Source: a virus
DNA: 39,505 nt
Direction: 5' to 3' (one strand)
UHGV virus genome: UHGV-1361754
Below the pieces are notes generated by a model. That model made no database searches, was not told where the DNA came from, and saw only the letters and a program-made list of their open reading frames with translations. Below, in pieces: positions 1-7,764 of this stretch (the first letter of the stretch is position 1; each line of letters begins with the position of its first letter). The position numbers and the translations under genes were made by a program.

Positions 1-2
1 AA

Positions 3-485
3 TTAATTGATTTAGTAGGTAAATGGACAGATAACCTACGAAATTCATCTTTTAAAAACAATTCGCTTGTCTTTAAACTAAAAAAAAATAAAAGAAAAGT
101 TGCTAAATTAATTGAATACTCATTAATCATTTTTATTTTCTGGGGTAGCTTACAAACTTTAGTTATGTATTTATCTCAGCAAAACTATAATAACTTTCAG
201 AATACAGCCAGTGTGCTTATCTCAAATATTGCTTATGCTATTGGAATTATGGCTTTTACTTGGATAATGAGCTTCAAATTTTCTAATTTTATCGCCAGAT
301 CAATTTTTAAATCTTTAGAAGAATATGGAGATGTTCATATCTTTAACATCACAAAAAAAGATCAAGATAGGCAAGGAAAACTGAAAAAAGAAAGAAAGTA
401 TGCTATCATTAAATTAATCTTAATGGGAATTCTTACAGTGATAACTAACATATTTTTTATGTTTTTAGAAAAAATATTATTTTAG
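3..485 (+). CDS. 5'-open CDS: C-terminal three-helix membrane domain of an accessory (moron) protein. It may be the continuation of the 3'-open CDS at 38965..39505 if the record is circular.
   Basis: Frame 3 has no stop from base 3 through TAG at 483-485. The ATG at 165 is internal. Three hydrophobic segments (LIEYSLIIFIFWG, ISNIAYAIGIMAFTWIM, AIIKLILMGILTVITNIFFMFL). AT-rich and on the opposite strand to the phage operons. Confidence 0.5.
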   Translation, partial: LIDLVGKWTDNLRNSSFKNNSLVFKLKKNKRKVAKLIEYSLIIFIFWGSLQTLVMYLSQQNYNNFQNTASVLISNIAYAIGIMAFTWIMSFKFSNFIARSIFKSLEEYGDVHIFNITKKDQDRQGKLKKERKYAIIKLILMGILTVITNIFFMFLEKILF

Positions 486-498
486 AGGAGGAGTTAAC

Positions 499-618
499 AT
501 GTTGAAAAAAATTATTTCTGAGTTAATAGGATTTTTTAGGTACTTAAATAATGAAATTGAACACTCTGATATTTCTCATGAAAGAAATCCTCATGTGTAC
601 CCACACTCGTCTTATAGA
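499..618 (+). CDS. Small 39-aa ORF (MLKKIISELIGFFRYLNNEIEHSDISHERNPHVYPHSSYR) immediately downstream of the membrane-protein gene
   Basis: Strong RBS GAGGAGGAG (486-494) 5 nt before ATG 499. Stop TAA 616-618. Followed by an intrinsic terminator at 652-677. Confidence 0.35.
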
Positions 619-651
619 TAAAAATATTGAGATGTCTACCCCTTATGTACC

Positions 652-677
652 GCCCCTCAAAATCGAGGGGCTTTTTT
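652..677 (+). terminator. Rho-independent terminator for the plus-strand accessory genes
   Basis: GCCCCTC-aaaatc-GAGGGGC hairpin followed by TTTTTT on the plus strand only. On the minus strand the hairpin is not followed by a U-tract. Confidence 0.6.
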
Positions 678-1693
678 CATCGTTGTGGAATATTCAAATA
701 CCAACGCTTGTCATGAAAATCTTGTGCTCCGCCTTTAGTGTTCCCTTCTGGATCATTCGTTGCACGCATCATGACATAGACTTTCTTATTAGGAAAATTA
801 CGCATATTGAAAGATACATGATAACCAACGTTTCCAGAAGTATTATAAGCTTGATTTACGTCTGGTCTATAAATCCCATCAGCTCTTACTCTAGCTAGTT
901 CTTTTCCAGTATTGTAGTCCATAATGAAAATATACTCGTATTTATAGTTAGCGATGTGCCATCCAGCGACGTGTAAGTTCGCATTTTCGATTTCTCCGAA
1001 CTGATCAATGTGGGCATAATTTGTTCCATCTGTCAGTGTAGGATTTGCTGCACCTGCTCGGGTTGGATCAACGACAGGCTTGTTCTTAGAAGTCGTCGGA
1101 TTTTTATCTGTAAAACCATGAGCTAAATCGTAAGCCAGTTTCTCCTTACTTATACCCATTTCTGATAAGTATCCATACGGATCTGTATGATCGCCCCAAA
1201 TGTTTTGTGTTACCCATAAATGCGATTTGATTCCTGGTTGGTTATAAGGAGTGTCCAATGTTAATGGAATACCATATTTTATTGCTGAATCTCTAGCCAA
1301 TTCAACGTACGCTTTATAATTCTTTTCAAATGTTACTTTATCGTGCGTATGCTGTAGTTCGATTTGCACAGGACTATTTGCATTAGCATATGAACCAGCG
1401 CCGTACTGTACATAACCAGGTTGTCCGACTTGGTAAACAATTCCGCCGTCTCCCACAATGTAAGCAGTGTAAGCACTAGTCCATGAACGTTGCATATACT
1501 GTGCTTCATTGCGTCCTGTTGCTGTTTCATTAGCCGTTTCATGCAGTAAAATGTACTGATTATTTGCTACTTGAGAGCTACCTTCATTTACACCTAAAGC
1601 GAACTCATCGTTGATCGTGTATGCAAAGGTATTTATCGGCAATAAAAAAAGAGCCGTTAATAGGCTCAATGACAATACTATTTTCTTTTTCAT
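677..1693 (-). CDS. Endolysin: N-acetylmuramoyl-L-alanine amidase (Amidase_2/PGRP-like) with an N-terminal Sec signal peptide and a C-terminal putative cell-wall-binding region
   Basis: N-terminus MKKKIVLSLSLLTALFLLPINTFA is signal-like. Amidase_2-type motifs (LLHETAN, GAGSYANANS..QIEL, KSHLWVTQNIWGDHTDPYGYL). Last gene of the late operon, directly after the holin. Confidence 0.8.
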   Translation of the reverse strand: MKKKIVLSLSLLTALFLLPINTFAYTINDEFALGVNEGSSQVANNQYILLHETANETATGRNEAQYMQRSWTSAYTAYIVGDGGIVYQVGQPGYVQYGAGSYANANSPVQIELQHTHDKVTFEKNYKAYVELARDSAIKYGIPLTLDTPYNQPGIKSHLWVTQNIWGDHTDPYGYLSEMGISKEKLAYDLAHGFTDKNPTTSKNKPVVDPTRAGAANPTLTDGTNYAHIDQFGEIENANLHVAGWHIANYKYEYIFIMDYNTGKELARVRADGIYRPDVNQAYNTSGNVGYHVSFNMRNFPNKKVYVMMRATNDPEGNTKGGAQDFHDKRWYLNIPQR

Positions 1694-1703
1694 TTGTTTC
1701 CTC

Positions 1704-1901
1704 CTATTTTTTCAAATTATAAGCCGACACACCAGTGATAACACCTAAGAATGTTGCTGCTGCATTGATAGTGAGTACTGTCATATCTGTTCCATTCCAT
1801 CCATATGCTTTGCCTAACATGGCTACTAAAGCAGATGCAGCTGGTAATACTGTTAAAACCGTCCATTTAATGACTTGATAATATTTGTCTGGTAAAATCA
1901 T
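1704..1901 (-). CDS. Holin (small two-TM phage holin, LL-H/phi-LC3-like)
   Basis: 65 aa with two hydrophobic helices and a charged C-terminal KK. Sits immediately upstream of the endolysin. Confidence 0.7.
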   Translation of the reverse strand: MILPDKYYQVIKWTVLTVLPAASALVAMLGKAYGWNGTDMTVLTINAAATFLGVITGVSAYNLKK

Positions 1902-1916
1902 TTCTTCTGACCTCCT

Positions 1917-2159
1917 TTACAATTTAGTCAAGAAATAGCCAATGATCGTAATGCCTAAACCGATCATGTAACCCCACGACCATTTATTATTGGCTTTCAT
2001 TTCTTTGATATCTTCTGCGTTGTTTAGCGCTACTGAGTAGGCTTTGTCTGCCAAATCTTTTGCACTATCAGCTTTTTCTCTAAGTGATTCGTAGTTGTCT
2101 AATTTTGTTTCAATTCTTACTAGCCTTTCTACAACGTCTTGAAGTGCTTCTTCTTTCAT
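1917..2159 (-). CDS. XhlA-family lysis-associated membrane protein (hemolysin XhlA-like)
   Basis: 80 aa. N-terminal coiled coil (VERLVRIETKLDNYESLREK) plus a C-terminal TM helix (NNKWSWGYMIGLGITIIGYFL), the typical XhlA architecture next to a holin. Confidence 0.65.
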   Translation of the reverse strand: MKEEALQDVVERLVRIETKLDNYESLREKADSAKDLADKAYSVALNNAEDIKEMKANNKWSWGYMIGLGITIIGYFLTKL

Positions 2160-2332
2160 GTTTCACCAACTTTCCAACAAAAAAGCACATCACTTAAGAT
2201 GCGCTCTCTTCTTTGCTAATGATTTTATCTGCTTCTTCGTCTGTAATGCATAGTGGAACGAATAGACGAACTTGATCGTCAGTAAAACAGCCCCAATCAT
2301 ACATCATTTTCACATCGCTAAAACTAAACATA

Positions 2333-2779
2333 CTACTCACCTCCCTTTGAAGCTGGATTTAGTTGCTCTTTAATTTCTGAAATATCTTTGCTATTTTGTA
2401 ACGAAGCAAGCATCATTTTTGAATTGATTTGTGCTAAACTACCCGCTTTTTCTTTCAATGCAGCATTTTCCTGTTTAATCGCTACATCGTTTAGCATGAT
2501 TTTGGCATTGAGCTGCTTTAGGTTATCGTTTTCATGTTCCAGAGCCTCATACATCGCTTTGAGATTGTTTAAATCGTTGTGATCTAACGCGTTCGCTAAA
2601 ACAATCCATTGATTCAATTTAGGATCAAACATCTGATCAGCAATCGTTAGCGGTTCGCCATCTGAACGAACCCCTTCGAGCGGTGGCTGATCTGTGTAAG
2701 GAACGGATACAAGCATGTCGTCCAATACTTTTCCTGCATACTCTCCGCCAGTACGGCCATATTTCCAAATGTTTTTCAT
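2333..2779 (-). CDS. Hypothetical tail-fibre-associated protein
   Basis: 148-aa ORF between the tail fibre gene and the lysis cassette. Its ATG overlaps the stop of the upstream small ORF (ATGA). Confidence 0.5.
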   Translation of the reverse strand: MKNIWKYGRTGGEYAGKVLDDMLVSVPYTDQPPLEGVRSDGEPLTIADQMFDPKLNQWIVLANALDHNDLNNLKAMYEALEHENDNLKQLNAKIMLNDVAIKQENAALKEKAGSLAQINSKMMLASLQNSKDISEIKEQLNPASKGGE

Positions 2780-2928
2780 TTATTTCCCTCCCAGTAATTG
2801 AATTTCGGTTTCCAATTTGGAATCGGTGGTTCGACTTCTGTACATTCTTCCGGTAAATGTTCTTCATCATTCACAATGATTTGCTCGAATCCGTAAGGTT
2901 CAATTGGTCTATATGCTGCCTTCATATC
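2776..2928 (-). CDS. Small 50-aa ORF (MKAAYRPIEPYGFEQIIVNDEEHLPEECTEVEPPIPNWKPKFNYWEGNK)
   Basis: Below the ORF-track cutoff. RBS AAAGG about 9 nt upstream. Stop overlaps the next start as ATGA, indicating translational coupling. Confidence 0.4.
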   Translation of the reverse strand, partial: DMKAAYRPIEPYGFEQIIVNDEEHLPEECTEVEPPIPNWKPKFNYWEGNK

Positions 2929-2941
2929 GATTCACGCCTTT

Positions 2942-4999
2942 CTAAATCGTGTAAGTAATTGCAAAGGTATAATCCGATCCATAACTTGAGTTTCTTCGCC
3001 ATTTAATGGCTCCATCTGCACCAATAGATAACTGAGCACTGTTCAAAGTAGAACGGTCTATCGAGCCAACCAGTTGCTCAAAACTAATTGGTGGCCGATA
3101 GCCTTCTGGAATTGTTAGTATCGTTGAATCATTTCCACCACTGCTTTTCCCATTCAACGCAAAAAAATAAATAGTGACGGTTTTTCCTTCACGATAAAGC
3201 TTTGCTGATCCGGTATTCCCGTTTGTAACTGTTAAGGTTACGACTTCATATTTGTTGTCGTCTGATGTCAATACAGATTTTCCTTTTGATTGAATACCAT
3301 CTTCGAAATTTTTCAATCCTTCGATGGATTGCGGTTCAGTCAGACTAACCGTATTATTCAAGCCTTTTTCAGTATATTCAGGCATGATGTCCCAGCTGTA
3401 GTCGTTCGGATTGTTGCTATCTTTCAATCCTTCACCAAAGTATTTATATTCACTAATATTTGGGGTTCGTGTGTCGCCTTTTTCAATTTTGAGCCAGTCA
3501 ATTTTAACAGGACCTAAAGAAGTATTTGGCGTTTGAGAAAGGTATACCCATTTTGTGTTCTCCCCTAGCTGTTTTATTGACACAGTGGCGACCCATGTAT
3601 CAACCAATCCTTCAACTGGTTTAAAGTCACCGAATTGTTTTTGAGTTAAATAAACCCTAATCGTTTGTGAGACAGGCTTAGTTGCTTTTATCGTCACAGT
3701 ATAAGTTTCACCTAAAACAAAATCCTCTGATGCATTTTTTGCATAGAGTGCCTCGTTACTCAGCGTGATTGGGAATTTAACTGTAGGATTAGCAATATTC
3801 TCACCCAAAGGCTTATTACTCAAATAATACGGCGCATCTAGTAAGTTTGGCTGATACGGAGTTGCCGTATCACTCGTTGACGTTACTTTCTCAATCTTAA
3901 TATCATAGCCAATATACAATTTCCCTGTTTGATTTGTATCTTGATAAACTTGCAAGAAGGGTGCAAATTTACCATCTGACATGTTGCTAGGAACGGTGAA
4001 TGCTTTTTTGATAAGTTGCCATTTTCCACGACAATCAGCGTTAGGTGTCATTAGCCAAGGACGCGTAGTTGTTACGCCGTCGTTTACATTATATGGATAA
4101 ATAGGACTACCACCGTAATCCGTTCCAAAATCTTCGGATATCATCATCGGGATGGTTACCATATAAGTAGCGCCTTTTTCTAAGCGTCCTAATAATGGAA
4201 TAAAAACGTTTGTCGTGTTTGTTGGCACGAAAGATGGATCGGTTCTGTCAATAACGAAAAACGTCCCGCCATCTTTTATATAAGGCGGTGGCGTTTGAAT
4301 CATGTAGTTCGTTCCGCTTAGCTTAGAAAAGTCTAGGTTAGGCATTAAGTTAGCTCTCCCCGAATAATCATAGTCCCCGAAGTCGATGCTGTTACTGTAC
4401 ATCTTTTTCAGCTTGCCGAGATCGCCGATTTGCTGATTGGTTTGATCAATACGATCATTTACTTGCTTATTTGATTCATTTATCAATCTTACTAATTCGT
4501 TATATCTCGAGTAGATTTGATCGTATTGGACCTGTTTATCACTAATGAACTGATTGAAAGTGGTTTGCATTTCACTCTGTAATTTTTCCAATGAAGAAAT
4601 ATAGTATTTCGCTTGCTCCGAATTAATATCCACTCGTTCTAACACGTCTATGATGAAGTTCTGAAAAGTTACTTTTTTGCCGTTAGGATCTACATATTCA
4701 AAATATGCTTGTTTGAATTGATGACTCGTGCTGAAATTTGACTTAGTGAACGTGTAACTAATTAACCCATTAGTCGAATCGATTATTTCTGGTTCTCCCT
4801 CGGTATAGTTACCGTTTGAAACTTCGCCCACAAATTTCAAAGTACCGTTTAGATTAATTACAAAAGGTGTAATTTCATCTTCCTCAAGAAGTTGTACATT
4901 GATTGTTGTGAGCCCCCCATCGCCAACTCTACCAACAACACGGTGACGTAGATAAGGCTGTCTCTTATTTGCAGATAATTTAATTTCTAAATTTGCCAC
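2942..4999 (-). CDS. Tail fibre / receptor-binding protein (putative)
   Basis: 685 aa with a central coiled-coil segment and C-terminal beta-rich region. Positioned after the baseplate genes at the end of the tail module. Confidence 0.55.
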   Translation of the reverse strand: MANLEIKLSANKRQPYLRHRVVGRVGDGGLTTINVQLLEEDEITPFVINLNGTLKFVGEVSNGNYTEGEPEIIDSTNGLISYTFTKSNFSTSHQFKQAYFEYVDPNGKKVTFQNFIIDVLERVDINSEQAKYYISSLEKLQSEMQTTFNQFISDKQVQYDQIYSRYNELVRLINESNKQVNDRIDQTNQQIGDLGKLKKMYSNSIDFGDYDYSGRANLMPNLDFSKLSGTNYMIQTPPPYIKDGGTFFVIDRTDPSFVPTNTTNVFIPLLGRLEKGATYMVTIPMMISEDFGTDYGGSPIYPYNVNDGVTTTRPWLMTPNADCRGKWQLIKKAFTVPSNMSDGKFAPFLQVYQDTNQTGKLYIGYDIKIEKVTSTSDTATPYQPNLLDAPYYLSNKPLGENIANPTVKFPITLSNEALYAKNASEDFVLGETYTVTIKATKPVSQTIRVYLTQKQFGDFKPVEGLVDTWVATVSIKQLGENTKWVYLSQTPNTSLGPVKIDWLKIEKGDTRTPNISEYKYFGEGLKDSNNPNDYSWDIMPEYTEKGLNNTVSLTEPQSIEGLKNFEDGIQSKGKSVLTSDDNKYEVVTLTVTNGNTGSAKLYREGKTVTIYFFALNGKSSGGNDSTILTIPEGYRPPISFEQLVGSIDRSTLNSAQLSIGADGAIKWRRNSSYGSDYTFAITYTI

Positions 5000-5016
5000 T
5001 CTTCCATACCTCCTAA

Positions 5017-5841
5017 CTAAAAAGAAACTATATACCTAAGCACCATATTTGCGTTATCTCCACTTGCATTGCTTGCTGCACCTGTAAATATATTAGTATT
5101 CGAATTATAGTTTATTCGTTTACTAAACCACTTTTTGTGATAGTCATCAAATCCTGAAACAATTTCTCCTAAAACATTAGTAACAGTTACACGTTCCTTA
5201 TAAAAAGGTGTGGTTACATATCTATCCTCAATTGCTTGCCCGTTTTCGTACGGGAGCCATACTAATAAAAAACCTGAAACTGTCTGCCAAATTTTTTTTG
5301 AAGGTTGGACAGTTTGAGTATTATGCATTAACGCAGTCCCCCTCCACAAAATTTCTCCTTTAGAGAGAGTCAGCTCGTAACTATCCGATATCTTTGAGAT
5401 TGAAACAGTTGATCCAGTAGAAGTAACTGAGCATAGTGGTAAATTATAGACCTTATCACCATTGTTTAAATTACCTTTTATAACTTTTGTTATAAATTCT
5501 AGCTTGACTTGATTATTAGTCCATTCATATTCTTCCGATTCTGGAAGAATAGATCCAGGTATAACTTCTTGTGTCAAATCCACTGTTAATGCTATATAAC
5601 CACTTGAGTTTGCTGGAACTGTTATACTTTCTTCTTGTCGAACAACGACCATACGACCTTGAATAATCGCTGCTCCTGCAGCAACTTTTACTGTTAATCC
5701 GCTTGAAGATAAATTCATAGACTGATCGTAACCATCAATAACCTGATTTTTCCGATTATATAAAACGTGATAAAGTCTAGCATCATTTTCTGCGCTTACT
5801 TTCACGTTTTCAAATTGATATCCATCCACATTGCTAACCAT
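5017..5841 (-). CDS. Baseplate/tail-associated structural protein (putative)
   Basis: 274-aa ORF between the Tal-like gene and the tail fibre. Overlaps the upstream gene by 8 nt. Confidence 0.45.
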   Translation of the reverse strand: MVSNVDGYQFENVKVSAENDARLYHVLYNRKNQVIDGYDQSMNLSSSGLTVKVAAGAAIIQGRMVVVRQEESITVPANSSGYIALTVDLTQEVIPGSILPESEEYEWTNNQVKLEFITKVIKGNLNNGDKVYNLPLCSVTSTGSTVSISKISDSYELTLSKGEILWRGTALMHNTQTVQPSKKIWQTVSGFLLVWLPYENGQAIEDRYVTTPFYKERVTVTNVLGEIVSGFDDYHKKWFSKRINYNSNTNIFTGAASNASGDNANMVLRYIVSF

Positions 5842-6895
5842 TCTTTATCCCCCCATTATCTTCAAAATAATCCATAAAACGACTTCTTATGTTTCCGAAA
5901 GTCAATTCCACAAACTCCTTATCACTTGATATTCGCCAAGCTGTCAAAACCGACTTGTATATCTTTCCTTTATAAGAAATCGTGGCAAACATCCCTGTTT
6001 CAATCGTTTCGACATTCAAATTTTTTGCATTTCTTACAACGTTCACTTTGATTTCATGCGAATACGTATTGCCTTTCAACTCTGATTTTGCCACATCTTC
6101 GTAGGATGCTTTATCTTCTGCGGTTTGATCGTAGATATTAACCAAATTGACAGTTGGTTTCGTGATATTTTCTTTCGATCCATCTTGTGTCAAATTGTTT
6201 TCTTCGTCCAAATACCATGTTGACAGTATTATCGGTTTCTCTATATCTTTCATTGCTTTATCAACGATTAATAGCTTGTTCTCGTTTCCAGCGCCAGGCG
6301 CCTGAACAAACACATCCCAATCGCTAAATTCAGAAGAATTGTCTTTAATGTAAATTGATTCATTTACAGCACGTATGCCTGTATAGATTTTTCTGTTTTG
6401 AATTCCCTTGAAATACCATTTTACGTTGTATTTTTTGAAACCATTGAGAATATACGCACTTAACTTGTGTTTATTCGTATCGGTAGCTTGATACGAATGA
6501 GAGGTCGCACTTTCTGCTTTGACGTCTAAAATATCTTTTAGTTGTTTCGTTGGATCATTCAGCAAATAGTATTCAATCAACCGCCGGATATGCTCTTCGT
6601 AGTTATCTCCTGACACACGTGCAGTCGGTATCTCACTATCAGCTAAACTAAGTAAGCTTTTACAACTGATTTTTTCGTCTTCCTGCGACGTAATTACACC
6701 AAAATATGCAAATTTTCCACTAGGAATATATTTTGCTAGTAGAAAATCGCCTGTTTTTACAGGAACGTACTTATCCATCGTAAAGCTACTAGCCTCTTCG
6801 TTGATCTCGTCCGCACCAAATTCAAAACTGTTAGAGAATAAATGTTCGTTATAAAGCATTAAATCACGATGAAAAAGCGTGACTGCTAAAATCAA
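5834..6895 (-). CDS. Tail-associated protein (short Tal / baseplate hub, putative)
   Basis: 353 aa, directly downstream of the Dit-like gene with ATGA overlap. Assignment is by synteny only. Confidence 0.45.
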   Translation of the reverse strand: MILAVTLFHRDLMLYNEHLFSNSFEFGADEINEEASSFTMDKYVPVKTGDFLLAKYIPSGKFAYFGVITSQEDEKISCKSLLSLADSEIPTARVSGDNYEEHIRRLIEYYLLNDPTKQLKDILDVKAESATSHSYQATDTNKHKLSAYILNGFKKYNVKWYFKGIQNRKIYTGIRAVNESIYIKDNSSEFSDWDVFVQAPGAGNENKLLIVDKAMKDIEKPIILSTWYLDEENNLTQDGSKENITKPTVNLVNIYDQTAEDKASYEDVAKSELKGNTYSHEIKVNVVRNAKNLNVETIETGMFATISYKGKIYKSVLTAWRISSDKEFVELTFGNIRSRFMDYFEDNGGIKNG

Positions 6896-7764
6896 AACAG
6901 ATCACGCTCCTCGTATAACTCAATCTCTACGTCTGCCCCCCCAACATGAAACACAATGCTGAATTCTCCAGTTGGGGCCTGAACAAAATTAGTTTTTGTA
7001 TAATCCTGTTGTTGGTAGACAGAAGATTCTACCCCTGCAATATCTTTTAAAATCGCCGTTGTATCTTCAAAAAGGCTTGATACTTCTAGAGTCTGTGTTT
7101 CAGTCATATCTATGAAGTATCCATCCGTTGCGATGATTTGTGAGTTTTGGATTACTTCCCAATACGGATTTGAACACTTCCCAATCACACGAATTTTTAG
7201 CGGGGACATCCGTTCCTTGCTATTCGTTAGGTATACAGAATTATTATTGAATTTGAATACACCTTTTTTCTCCCACAAGTTTTGAGTGTAGATATAAGAT
7301 CTTTTATACGGAAAAACCTTGCCACGTGTTTTCACTACATTCGGTCGCTGAATTAATTTTTCGCGTTTTACGGAATACCAGTTTGATGTGAAATATAGTT
7401 CTAAAGTGTCTGTTAGTAACGATGTTTTCGGATCGATTTCAGTCTTACTTAAAGATTTTAGACTGCATCTTCTTACCATTGTTTCGCCGTCAAAAGCAAA
7501 TTCCAGTTCAAACGGACCTTCCGATAGGAACTGCACAAGTGAATTGTACAGTTCTTTTTCTCGAAACCCATGCACAGAAATGATTACAGATGACTGAAAT
7601 TCAGATATTTCAACGCTCTCACTGCTTTCTCTGAAATTCCCCCACTGTCCCACATGTTCTTTTTTTACTTCAAACCCCATATTACTCAACCCAGTAGCAA
7701 AATAGTCTTCTGTGGACAAATCAATTTCTTCGTTTATTCTATTTCTCAGTAATACAGTTCGCAT
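6892..7764 (-). CDS. Distal tail protein (Dit, siphovirus tail component)
   Basis: 290 aa, immediately downstream of the tape measure gene. Typical Dit size and position. Confidence 0.55.
   Translation of the reverse strand: MRTVLLRNRINEEIDLSTEDYFATGLSNMGFEVKKEHVGQWGNFRESSESVEISEFQSSVIISVHGFREKELYNSLVQFLSEGPFELEFAFDGETMVRRCSLKSLSKTEIDPKTSLLTDTLELYFTSNWYSVKREKLIQRPNVVKTRGKVFPYKRSYIYTQNLWEKKGVFKFNNNSVYLTNSKERMSPLKIRVIGKCSNPYWEVIQNSQIIATDGYFIDMTETQTLEVSSLFEDTTAILKDIAGVESSVYQQQDYTKTNFVQAPTGEFSIVFHVGGADVEIELYEERDLF

Noticed and set aside
551-898. 115-aa plus-strand ORF overlapping the endolysin 3' end
   Set aside because: It lies beyond the plus-strand terminator (652-677) and is antisense to the well-supported endolysin gene. 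The real small ORF here is 499..618.
1333-1542. 69-aa minus-strand ORF inside the endolysin gene
   Set aside because: An alternative frame of the endolysin coding region with no independent signals.
2637-2870. 77-aa minus-strand ORF overlapping two genes
   Set aside because: Wrong frame. The 50-aa ORF 2776..2928, with RBS and ATGA coupling, explains this interval better.
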